Shown here piece by piece: positions 1 through 7,209 of a DNA stretch of 43,570 nucleotides. This DNA is from a virus: the IMG/VR virus record IMGVR_UViG_3300013426_000010, positions 1 to 43,570 of that record. The stretch is one strand, 5' to 3'. Both the position numbers and the translations under genes were made by a program. The number at the start of each line of letters is the position of its first letter. Position 1 is the first letter of the stretch. Under the pieces are notes generated by a model. It was given only the letters and a program-made list of their open reading frames with translations. It searched no databases and was not told the DNA's origin.

Positions 1-207
1 TGCTCTAGCTTGAAGGAGATACCAGCTGGCTTGTTCGACAACTGCACTAAGGTAACTAGTTTATATTGTTGCTTCTATGGATGCTCTAGCTTGAAGGAGA
101 TACCAGCTGGCTTGTTCGACAACTGCACTAAGGTAACTAGTTTATATTGTTGCTTCTATGGATGCTCTAGCTTGAAGGAGATACCAGCTGGCTTGTTCGA
201 CAACTGC
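1..207 (+). repeat. Perfect 81-bp tandem repeat, 2.56 copies (1-81, 82-162, 163-207), identical to 43364..43570
   Basis: Direct reading: units 1-81 and 82-162 are identical base for base. The third unit diverges after nt 207 (gtttatgcg). The same 207 nt end the window. Each unit is 27 codons and in frame. Confidence 0.95.
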
Positions 208-618
208 GTTTATGCGAGTGATTTTCAGTATTGCTTCAAAGAATGCTCTAGTTTGCGTGAAATGCCGTACGACTTGTTTTACAAATGCCTTAATGCGAGT
301 GATTTTAAGTTTTGTTTCAGTGGTTGTAAGTTGTTAAAAGTTGGGTACATTCCTATTTGTTACGGTTATAAATCCAATTTAATATGGTACGCTTGTACTT
401 TTACAGATATTCGCATCCTTGTAGCTAATAGTGTGACCCCTGCAAGTATTTACAATAAAGATGATGAATTGCCAAATAGTATTGAAAAGATATACGTACC
501 CGATTCTGCAATCGACACCTACAAGACAGCAACAAACTGGAGCGCATTTGCTGACAAGATTGTTGGTTTCAGCGAGTTGACAGATGAGGAAAAGAAAAAG
601 TATGGCATAACCGCATAA
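1..618 (+). CDS. 3' end of the giant receptor-binding/tail-fibre gene (5'-partial in this window; continues from 38714..43570): BspA-type leucine-rich repeats plus C-terminal cap
   Basis: Frame 1 is open from nt 1 (CSSLKEIPAGLFDNCTKVTSLYCCFYG x2, then diverged units CSSLKEIPAGLFDNCVYASDFQYCFKE and CSSLREMPYDLFYKCLNASDFKFCFSG), with a stop at 616-618. The track start at 10 is only a TTG inside the repeat. The C-terminus IYVPDSAIDTYKTATNWSAFADKI is typical of BspA-like LRR_5 proteins. Confidence 0.8.
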   Translation, partial: CSSLKEIPAGLFDNCTKVTSLYCCFYGCSSLKEIPAGLFDNCTKVTSLYCCFYGCSSLKEIPAGLFDNCVYASDFQYCFKECSSLREMPYDLFYKCLNASDFKFCFSGCKLLKVGYIPICYGYKSNLIWYACTFTDIRILVANSVTPASIYNKDDELPNSIEKIYVPDSAIDTYKTATNWSAFADKIVGFSELTDEEKKKYGITA

Positions 619-629
619 ACGACTAGCGT

Positions 630-854
630 ATGAAGGTAGACAAAAGTAATAGCAAGCACATCATTGCAGATGATGGCAAAGTGTTCGAGCGCATCTCAGA
701 TGGCACGAACTACGGTAAGGAGATTTATCTAGGGTATTCGTATTTCATTGGTGGGGAAAAGTTGGAAGTTCCCCACCTTGATGAGCCCGAGGACTTCCGA
801 GAGGTTGACGAGCCCGAGGGAGAGGTAGAACCAAAAGAGAACGAAGATGAATGA
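630..854 (+). CDS. Hypothetical small protein with acidic C-terminus
   Basis: 74-aa ORF 12 nt after the RBP stop. Its stop overlaps the next start (ATGAATGA). No recognisable motif. Confidence 0.45.
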   Translation: MKVDKSNSKHIIADDGKVFERISDGTNYGKEIYLGYSYFIGGEKLEVPHLDEPEDFREVDEPEGEVEPKENEDE

Positions 855-1188
855 CAAAGAGAAAGAACTATGGCGCATCCTTGACAACACAATTAAGTGT
901 TGCGCCCTGGAAGTGTCGGGCACGGACACGTTATCCATAACTCGTGCCGATGTGTTGGGGAAGTCCAGAGCGGAGAACCTTGTAATGACCCGCTGCATCT
1001 TGGCTAGCCAGTTGCAACATGCTGGTTATTCTATTACCACCATTGCGGGGTTACTGAACCGAACGGTTCCTGCCGTCCGTCACTTGATAAATATGGATAG
1101 GGACTATATCGACACATCTAGGGCATACCGCATTGCAAGCGCGCAAGCCACGATTCTCAATAAGGACATCGAGCCATGCGGCTTGTAA
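847..1188 (+). CDS. DnaA C-terminal-domain-like helix-turn-helix protein (putative regulator)
   Basis: ITRADVLGKSRAENLVMTRCILASQLQHAGYSITTIAGLLNRTVPAVRHLINM matches the pattern of the DnaA domain IV HTH (Bac_DnaA_C: skkR...v.aR.iamyL.r.ltn.Sl.eIg..f.rdHsTV.ha). Confidence 0.55.
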   Translation: MNDKEKELWRILDNTIKCCALEVSGTDTLSITRADVLGKSRAENLVMTRCILASQLQHAGYSITTIAGLLNRTVPAVRHLINMDRDYIDTSRAYRIASAQATILNKDIEPCGL

Positions 1189-1262
1189 TCATCTAGAAAA
1201 TAAAAAGAAAATGAATCCATGTGTTCTTTGAAATAATTCGACAAATACCCCTAGGCTAACTT

Positions 1263-1294
1263 TTTGGAGCGAGCCAAGAATCTGAGTAATTTTG
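1263..1294 (+). promoter_or_regulatory. Bacteroidetes-type promoter (-33 TTTG at 1263-1266, -7 TAATTTTG at 1287-1294)
   Basis: Matches the Bacteroides sigma-A consensus TTTG / TAnnTTTG with 20-nt spacing, 50 nt upstream of the ATG at 1345. Confidence 0.5.
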
Positions 1295-1344
1295 CAGCGG
1301 TTATCCAATAGTGGATTTCCGCAACGTAATTAACTCAAAATTTT

Positions 1345-2178
1345 ATGGCAGACACTATCGAGAAGGTTTATTGCACTGGGGACGGTGGCAATAACGAACT
1401 TGCAGCAGCCTTGCTTGCGAGAGGTAGAGACAACGACCCTGCTACCATGATAGCAGCGATGAACGGCGGCATGGGTGGAGGATGGAACAATCCATTTGCT
1501 TACATGATGATGCTGGGCATGTTCCGTTTCATGTATGGCGATGGCTGGAACAACGGACAGAACGGAAACGTTCAACGTGCCGAGATTCAGTCTCAGATTG
1601 ATTCCTTGCGCAATCAGATGAGCGACAACCACAACTCCGATTTGCTCATGGGCGCAATCCAAGGAAACAATCAGGACTTGAAGACCTTGGCGGCTAACTT
1701 GAATTGCAACTTCGATGCCTTGCAGGCTGGTATTTGTGGCGTTCAGTCGGCTATCGACAAGGTGAGTGGCATGGTTGGCATTTCGAGCGAGCGTGTTATC
1801 AATTCCGTAGTCAACGGCAACTTGCAGCTGACCATGGCATTGAAGGATTGTTGTTGTCAGACGCAGCAGAACATCATCAAGATGGGCTACGAGAACCAGT
1901 TGGGTCAGAAAGACCTACAAAACGCAATGCAGCAGGGTTTCTCCTACACCAACACTGGCTTGGAGCGTGGTTTCTCAAACATCGGCAATCTGATGCAGTC
2001 GCTTGCTTGCGACTTGAAGAGTTCGGGAAAGGACAACACTCAGCGCATCATCGACGTGCTCAATAACCATTGGGAGCAGGATTTGCGCATCCAGTTGGAG
2101 GATTCCAAGAGACGAGAGCAGACTGGATTCATCATCCAGCAGCTTAAGACCACGGGCACCACAACGACCGCAGGCTAA
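1345..2178 (+). CDS. Hypothetical 277-aa protein: Gly/Asn/Met/Trp-rich N-terminal segment followed by a long Q/N-rich helical region
   Basis: Long ORF bracketed by its own promoter and terminator. Contains GGMGGGWNNPFAYMMMLGMFRFMYGDGWNNGQNGN, then heptad-like Q/N/L-rich sequence and a CCC triplet. I recognise no family. Confidence 0.7.
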   Translation: MADTIEKVYCTGDGGNNELAAALLARGRDNDPATMIAAMNGGMGGGWNNPFAYMMMLGMFRFMYGDGWNNGQNGNVQRAEIQSQIDSLRNQMSDNHNSDLLMGAIQGNNQDLKTLAANLNCNFDALQAGICGVQSAIDKVSGMVGISSERVINSVVNGNLQLTMALKDCCCQTQQNIIKMGYENQLGQKDLQNAMQQGFSYTNTGLERGFSNIGNLMQSLACDLKSSGKDNTQRIIDVLNNHWEQDLRIQLEDSKRREQTGFIIQQLKTTGTTTTAG

Positions 2179-2202
2179 AGGGGGCAACGCTAAAAGGAAA
2201 AT

Positions 2203-2240
2203 GGGGGCAACTCGCCGTGTTATCGGTGAGACCCCTTTTT
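2203..2240 (+). terminator. Rho-independent terminator
   Basis: GGGGGcaaCTCGCCGtgttatCGGTGAGaCCCC followed by TTTTT, 25 nt after the stop at 2178. Confidence 0.7.
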
Positions 2241-2273
2241 ATGTATTTGTAGAATCATCAAAAAGAACAAATC

Positions 2274-2744
2274 ATGGAGTTTAAGAATATTCAAAGAAAT
2301 CATCCAGTCTATTTACTGGATAAGTCAAAGGTTGAGGTTAAGGAAGGAAAGGTTGTTGAGAACCAACCGCACTTGAACACTGGCATCGCAACCATATCTG
2401 GGAGCGGTCAACCTATGCGAGACGTAACTATCGAGGTAGACGGAACAAAGGTTCTCTATACAATCCCCGAGCAGTTGAAGATAACTTTTGCGGGCGACTT
2501 GGTACTGGCTACGGACAAAGCAGACCTTTTGCCCGAGGTTGGGAAACTGGTCAACGAAGCCGAGGAAATCATCAAGGCTTACGAACCTAGCAAGGAACGA
2601 AAGCAGAGAGGTGAGGAACTACTCGCAACTTTGAACCCTGCAATCAAGGAGAAGCAGGAGACCGAGAGAAGATTCAAGGCTTTGGAGGGTGACGTGAGTG
2701 GTATCCGCAGCATGGTAAAGCAGTTGTTGGATAAGTTAGGCTAG
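2274..2744 (+). CDS. Hypothetical protein with coiled-coil C-terminal half
   Basis: 156-aa ORF in a compact gene arrangement. No recognisable motif. Confidence 0.55.
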   Translation: MEFKNIQRNHPVYLLDKSKVEVKEGKVVENQPHLNTGIATISGSGQPMRDVTIEVDGTKVLYTIPEQLKITFAGDLVLATDKADLLPEVGKLVNEAEEIIKAYEPSKERKQRGEELLATLNPAIKEKQETERRFKALEGDVSGIRSMVKQLLDKLG

Positions 2745-2757
2745 GAGGGACGCAACT

Positions 2758-3228
2758 ATGAGAAAGATATTTATCATACATCGCGATTCCTGCGAGAGCG
2801 AGAGCCACGAACACATCGAGAAAGGACTTCCATACGAGAAGACAGCACAAGCCTTGATGAACGCAAGCGGATATGTGGGCTATGTGGCAAAGCACGGCTA
2901 TCATTTTACCAAGACACTTGCAACTATGGCAAGCGAGGGAATGGAGAACGTTGACGGTTCAAGCCATCGTTGGACGGTTGACCAAATTCGCCTTGCTACA
3001 AATAGCATGGTTATCCCGAAAGGCACGACACTGGGGGATATGCTTTTCCTCGCCAACATGGCTTATGCTGACTTTTTCCCGAAGGTTATCAAGACCGAGG
3101 ACGGCTGCATCCAATATGCTTTGGCCGTGGTTACTGACCCAGACGGATACGAGGGGATGCCGTTCTGCAGGTGGACGGCTGACCTAATCGGGAAGGGTGC
3201 GACAATAGACTGGGAGAAGCTGGAGTAA
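2758..3228 (+). CDS. Hypothetical protein
   Basis: 156-aa ORF immediately upstream of the lysis cassette. No recognisable motif. Confidence 0.55.
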   Translation: MRKIFIIHRDSCESESHEHIEKGLPYEKTAQALMNASGYVGYVAKHGYHFTKTLATMASEGMENVDGSSHRWTVDQIRLATNSMVIPKGTTLGDMLFLANMAYADFFPKVIKTEDGCIQYALAVVTDPDGYEGMPFCRWTADLIGKGATIDWEKLE

Positions 3229-3246
3229 CATCTAAATCGAAATTGT

Positions 3247-3789
3247 ATGAATGAAGCGACAAACATTGCTGGCACCGGCACAAGGGGCATCGGGTTATTG
3301 TTGACTGGCGACGGATTGGTATCGGTATTCATTGAAGCCAAGTATGCCATCGGCTTTTTGCTGATTCTAATTATCGCCGATTTCCGCTATGGCTGGGGAG
3401 AGAGCAACAAGCGTTATCTAGAAGCCAAGGCGACAGGGGATAAAAGGCGCATGGACTTGTACAAGTGGCGCACGTCTAGGGCGATAAGAAAATCCTTCAA
3501 CAAATTGGCGGATTTTGTTATCATCATTGCTTTGGGGTGGTTTGCTGGCATGGCATTGTTAGAGCCTATCGGGATAAGCCACAAGTTCGGATTGTTCGGT
3601 GCTTCCGTAATATTGGCTTTGTGTGAGTTGAGCAGTATCTTCGGGCACTTCTTTTACTTGCATGGCGTGAAGGTTGAGAAAAAGACCATTTCGGGGTTCT
3701 TGAAGGCGTTGGTTGTTGCCATCGCAAAACGGAAAGATTCCGATGTGGGGGAAGCTATCGAGGAAACGTTTAACCATCAAAAAGAATAA
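3247..3789 (+). CDS. Holin-like membrane protein (Phage_holin_4_1-like pattern)
   Basis: Three to four hydrophobic helices. FLLILIIADFRYGWGES, WRTSRAIRKSFNKLADFVIIIALGWF and ALCELSSIFGHFFYLHGV resemble the conserved blocks of that holin family. Lies directly upstream of the endolysin. Confidence 0.6.
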   Translation: MNEATNIAGTGTRGIGLLLTGDGLVSVFIEAKYAIGFLLILIIADFRYGWGESNKRYLEAKATGDKRRMDLYKWRTSRAIRKSFNKLADFVIIIALGWFAGMALLEPIGISHKFGLFGASVILALCELSSIFGHFFYLHGVKVEKKTISGFLKALVVAIAKRKDSDVGEAIEETFNHQKE

Positions 3790-3793
3790 GGCT

Positions 3794-4348
3794 ATGAGAG
3801 TGACGGAAAAACAATTGTTGGCTATAATGCCACTGGCAAAAAACCGAGTTGGCAATTACATCGACATCATCAACGGATGGTGCGAGGAGTTCGAAATCGA
3901 CACCCCTTTGCGCATGGCTCATTTCTTGGCTCAGATAGCACATGAGAGCGCAGAACTGAGATATACAAAGGAGTTGGCAAGCGGAAGAGCGTACGAGGGT
4001 CGCAAAGACCTAGGAAATATAAATCCAGGGGATGGCGTGAAATACAAGGGCAGGGGCTTGATACAAATCACTGGCCGTGCGAATTATCAGAAGTATGCAA
4101 GTTTTTGCGGCTTTGACGTAGTTGGCACTCCCGAATTGCTGGAGCGCCCGCTTGGTGCCGTCAAGTCTGCGATGTGGTTTTGGCAGACCCACGGACTGAA
4201 TGAACTTGCGGATCAAGACGATGTTGTCAAGATAACAAGGGTTATCAACGGCGGCACGAATGGACTTGCTGATAGAAAAAAGTACCTAGAGCGTGCTTTC
4301 AAGGCTTTCGGGCTTCATCATCTAGTAAAGAAGGGAGGTAAGAAATGA
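3794..4348 (+). CDS. Endolysin, glycoside hydrolase family 19 (chitinase-like lysozyme)
   Basis: RMAHFLAQIAHESAELRYTKE...YKGRGLIQITGRANY...AMWFW...VINGGTNGLADRKKY are the conserved GH19 phage endolysin blocks. The start is taken at ATG 3794, 5 nt after the holin stop (the track ORF starts further upstream at 3713). Confidence 0.85.
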   Translation: MRVTEKQLLAIMPLAKNRVGNYIDIINGWCEEFEIDTPLRMAHFLAQIAHESAELRYTKELASGRAYEGRKDLGNINPGDGVKYKGRGLIQITGRANYQKYASFCGFDVVGTPELLERPLGAVKSAMWFWQTHGLNELADQDDVVKITRVINGGTNGLADRKKYLERAFKAFGLHHLVKKGGKK

Positions 4349-4875
4349 TAAATTCACGGAATGCCCGATATTTTCGTTGTGTCGGCTTGTTTCTGCTGGC
4401 TTGTATAATTATGCCAATTTTCTTTTTCGGTTGCACTGGCGGCAAATCGGTGGAAAATAACACCAATTCCGTTTATCAATCATCAAGCATCTTGCAAAAA
4501 GATAGTTTGAGGGATTCCAGAAGCCGTGATTACCAACACATCGAGAAGGATAGTTCCTACAAACTTGATTCCGTGGTGGTAATGATGAAGGGCGACACCA
4601 TTATCAAGGACAGATGGCACTTCTTGAAGACCGAGAAGACAAAGACCGTACATTTGACCGACACCGTCGTAAAGGAGATAAACCATTATTTCAGCAGGAC
4701 CGACACGTTGAAGATATACAAAAACAAGAAAGTCGAGGTTGAAAGAAAACTATCATGGTGGGAGGATAAGAAAATGAAACTTGGTGGCTTTTCCTTGGTT
4801 GCGTCCTTCTTGCTTGCTTCGCTCTATGGACTGGAAAGGGCAAGACGAAAGGATGCCGAGGAAAGAAACGGATAG
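4345..4875 (+). CDS. Lysis accessory protein resembling a unimolecular spanin (N-terminal lipoprotein signal plus C-terminal TM anchor)
   Basis: ATGA overlap with the endolysin. N-terminus VGLFLLACIIMPIFFFGCTGG is a signal with a lipobox-like Cys. C-terminus LGGFSLVASFLLASLYGL is a TM helix followed by a basic tail. Confidence 0.5.
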   Translation: MINSRNARYFRCVGLFLLACIIMPIFFFGCTGGKSVENNTNSVYQSSSILQKDSLRDSRSRDYQHIEKDSSYKLDSVVVMMKGDTIIKDRWHFLKTEKTKTVHLTDTVVKEINHYFSRTDTLKIYKNKKVEVERKLSWWEDKKMKLGGFSLVASFLLASLYGLERARRKDAEERNG

Positions 4876-4933
4876 AAATATGTTGTTTTGGGTTAGGTAG
4901 ATTGTTTAGGTTTTAATTTTTGTTGATTGTAGT

Positions 4934-4967
4934 GGGCGGTTCGCAGTGATGCGCACCGCCCTTCTTT
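4934..4967 (+). terminator. Rho-independent terminator ending the late/lysis operon
   Basis: GGGCGGTtcgcagtgatgcgcACCGCCC followed by TTCTTTG. Confidence 0.7.
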
Positions 4968-5050
4968 GTGTTAAATATTTTGTGAAATCGAGCGTGTTTA
5001 ACGAATACGTGTTAAAAGGACTTAAAAGAAGTACATCTTTTCGGAAAACG

Positions 5051-5082
5051 TTTGGTGGTTTCAGAAAGATGTATTACTTTTG
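5051..5082 (+). promoter_or_regulatory. Bacteroidetes-type promoter (-33 TTTG 5051-5054, -7 TACTTTTG 5075-5082)
   Basis: Consensus TTTG / TAnnTTTG with 20-nt spacing, upstream of the small-gene island. Confidence 0.5.
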
Positions 5083-5157
5083 CAAGCGTGTTCAAAGAAC
5101 ACATAAAATGATTTGGTAATTTATTAAGCCCTAGGCATCACGGTCAAGCCAGTATTT

Positions 5158-5412
5158 ATGAGAAAGTCAACAGTTAAGGTAAACGTTTTGGAGTTCACGA
5201 CAAAGTTCATCAACTCTAACTTCCGCATCAAGGTATTCGGTCGCACAGAGGATGGCAAGAAGATTAACACCCTAGTAGGAGTGAGCGGCATTTTGAAGTT
5301 AATCGGTGCGGAGTTGTTCAACAAGTTCGTCAAGCGAGCACTTAAGGCGGGTCTTGATGCTTGCCGTTGCGCTCTCAGAAGAGGTTTAGTAGTGACATTA
5401 TACGCTAAGTAA
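5158..5412 (+). CDS. Hypothetical small basic protein
   Basis: 84-aa ORF, first gene after the promoter at 5051-5082. Confidence 0.45.
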   Translation: MRKSTVKVNVLEFTTKFINSNFRIKVFGRTEDGKKINTLVGVSGILKLIGAELFNKFVKRALKAGLDACRCALRRGLVVTLYAK

Positions 5413-5429
5413 TCAAGGGAGGGTAAGAT

Positions 5430-5627
5430 ATGAGCGACTGGAAAGTATGGAGAGTAATCGGGAGCTACGGAAGTTATACCGTAGCACTCGTAAAACCCGA
5501 AATCAACGGGAGAAACAAAATAATTGAGCATTCAAACAAGTGGTTTGGATTTTCAGAAATGAAAGAAGCCGACAAAATTGCAGCCCAATTGAACGAGCGA
5601 GACGGATTGAAAGAACTTTATGATTAA
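5430..5627 (+). CDS. Hypothetical small protein
   Basis: 65-aa ORF, 17 nt after the previous stop, preceded by a GGGAGGG purine tract. Confidence 0.45.
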   Translation: MSDWKVWRVIGSYGSYTVALVKPEINGRNKIIEHSNKWFGFSEMKEADKIAAQLNERDGLKELYD

Positions 5628-5665
5628 CCAGCAGGGGAGCAATCTCCTGCGCAAAGCATCAAGAT

Positions 5666-5887
5666 ATGACACAATACATTTTGAACGGTAAAAATAGTCT
5701 CGGGCAAATTAATAGCCACATCGAGGACTATAGAACCAAGGAGAGAATGGAGCAAGAGTTTGCACGTATCAAGGAGGTTTTCAGAAACAACCCATTTGCG
5801 GAAATGCAAGAAGAAAGCGACAGAAACTTCAAGGTTAAAATCGGAAGAGTAACATTTGAGTATTACATCACGGAACGAGAGATATAA
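5666..5887 (+). CDS. Hypothetical small protein
   Basis: 73-aa ORF in the same-strand small-gene array. Confidence 0.45.
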   Translation: MTQYILNGKNSLGQINSHIEDYRTKERMEQEFARIKEVFRNNPFAEMQEESDRNFKVKIGRVTFEYYITEREI

Positions 5888-5891
5888 AACC

Positions 5892-6107
5892 ATGGACTAT
5901 ACCAAGGAAGAGTTGGAGCGTTTCTGCGCCATCCTGCGAGCATTAAACAATGGCTTGCAACCAATGAGAAGCGGCAAGCACATGAAATCGACCGTCTACA
6001 ACATGGATGGCGAAGATGTGCGAGTGTTAAGAAAGTGGCTTGATTTCCACGAGGAGACCGAGCGAGTATTGAATCATGAACCATCAGCCCTAGTGCACCA
6101 CGGTTAA
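5892..6107 (+). CDS. Hypothetical small protein
   Basis: The track ORF 5856..6107 overlaps the previous gene. The internal ATG at 5892 (MDYTKEELERF) begins 4 nt after the upstream stop. Confidence 0.4.
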   Translation: MDYTKEELERFCAILRALNNGLQPMRSGKHMKSTVYNMDGEDVRVLRKWLDFHEETERVLNHEPSALVHHG

Positions 6108-6118
6108 GCGCAATCAAG

Positions 6119-6373
6119 TTGGCCAGATATGCACTGAGAAATCAATCAAAGATAGAATCTTACTATAACAAGGAGATTCTAGAAAGAATAAAGAAGTCGC
6201 TTAACGCTTATTTCAAGGCTGGCGACATCAAGCCCGAAAGATGGGAGACAAAGGAGCCGTACCCGATAATTTCGGTTGATGATATAGGGCACTCGTTCGG
6301 GCTTATTTGTTTTTATGTTACCAAGGTGGTTAACGATGTTTACCACCTTGCATTCAAGGAATTTATAAACTAA
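6119..6373 (+). CDS. Hypothetical small protein (only a TTG start is available)
   Basis: 84-codon ORF with no in-frame ATG, so the start is uncertain. Confidence 0.35.
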   Translation: MARYALRNQSKIESYYNKEILERIKKSLNAYFKAGDIKPERWETKEPYPIISVDDIGHSFGLICFYVTKVVNDVYHLAFKEFIN

Positions 6374-6380
6374 GAAAAAT

Positions 6381-6848
6381 ATGGAAGAGATTAAACAGAT
6401 ACCTGCGCAAGCAGAGGTTAAGGTTACGACCTCTTGGGGTGCAAATTGCTTGCGAGAGATACATGGACTTAAGGAGGGTGACGTTCTCGAGGGGCTTTAC
6501 ACCCCGATGAACAAGGCTTTCGATTTCACCTTCAACGGCGAGAGTGCTATGTTATGGATTGGGGACAACGCCAGACTGATTAGCCTTGGTGAGGGGCAGA
6601 CCTTCAAGTATATGATGTTATCCAGGCTTTTGTCGGATTGCAAGTACTTCCTTCGCAATCCATACGAGAGACACCTCTATTTCCCGAGCATCGCCCGACA
6701 CATGAAGGAAATGCGCCAGTACTGGATGGAGGTTAACATCAAACCCGATTGGCTCAGCTACAAGCAGATCGGAAGACTGGAGCACAAGATGAACCGAATG
6801 AAGACAAAGTTAGATAGACAATACAAGAAAGACCATGGCGGAGTATAA
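6381..6848 (+). CDS. Hypothetical 155-aa protein
   Basis: ORF with the motif YMMLSRLLSDCKYFLRNPYERHLYF. Its 3' end overlaps the next small ORF by 14 nt. Confidence 0.55.
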   Translation: MEEIKQIPAQAEVKVTTSWGANCLREIHGLKEGDVLEGLYTPMNKAFDFTFNGESAMLWIGDNARLISLGEGQTFKYMMLSRLLSDCKYFLRNPYERHLYFPSIARHMKEMRQYWMEVNIKPDWLSYKQIGRLEHKMNRMKTKLDRQYKKDHGGV

Positions 6849-6993
6849 GAAGACAAAGAAGGGTGGAGGAAGAACCCTAAAGTACATGAACATCGGCATA
6901 GATGCAGATTTACTCCCAGTGCTGGATAAGGTTGACAACAAGACGAGATTCATCAACCAAGCTATAAGGGAATACGTTAACAATATGAAATAA
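6835..6993 (+). CDS. Ribbon-helix-helix-like small DNA-binding protein (52 aa, below the ORF-track cutoff)
   Basis: My translation: MAEYKKTKKGGGRTLKYMNIGIDADLLPVLDKVDNKTRFINQAIREYVNNMK. It has a basic G-rich N-terminus, a short strand and two helices. It is a paralogue of the minus-strand ORF at 21840..22034. Confidence 0.5.
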   Translation: MAEYKKTKKGGGRTLKYMNIGIDADLLPVLDKVDNKTRFINQAIREYVNNMK

Positions 6994-7041
6994 ATTTGGT
7001 AGTATGGAGAAAAAGAAGTAATTTTGCACCATTACCAAATT

Positions 7042-7058
7042 AAAAGGGTTTCGACCCT
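7042..7058 (-). terminator. Small rho-independent terminator downstream of the integrase (minus strand)
   Basis: Minus strand reads AGGGTcgaaACCCT followed by TTTTAATTT. Confidence 0.4.
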
Positions 7059-7071
7059 CGACTTTCTTAGT

Positions 7072-7110
7072 CCCCAGTGTTGCTTCGGAAACACTGGGGA
7101 TTCTCATTTT
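7072..7110 (+). terminator. Rho-independent terminator closing the small-gene island
   Basis: CCCCAGTGTTgcttcggaAACACTGGGG (10-bp perfect stem) followed by ATTCTCATTTT. Confidence 0.7.
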
Positions 7111-7209
7111 GGCGAATATTCGGGTTCTGCGCGCTTTTCTTTAGCAAATTGTAAACTTGTATCACCTAGCGATTTGAACCACACATGCGTGAAATCAGCA
7201 AAAAATAAG

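Noticed and set aside
1-207. Terminal repeats considered as a CRISPR array, IS or LTR ends, or attL/attR
   Set aside because: The units abut with no spacers, are in frame and encode BspA-type LRR units of a continuous ORF. The two window ends are one and the same sequence (circular overlap), not separate elements.
1330-2187. Track ORFs 1330..1662 (-), 1704..2066 (+) and 1975..2187 (-)
   Set aside because: All overlap the 277-aa ORF 1345..2178, which alone is framed by a promoter and a terminator.
7042-7058. GGGTTTCGACCC read as a tRNA T-arm or tRNA-derived attachment core next to int
   Set aside because: Only a 5-bp stem with a 4-nt loop is present, with no acceptor or other arms. On the minus strand it is followed by a T run, so a simple terminator for int explains it.
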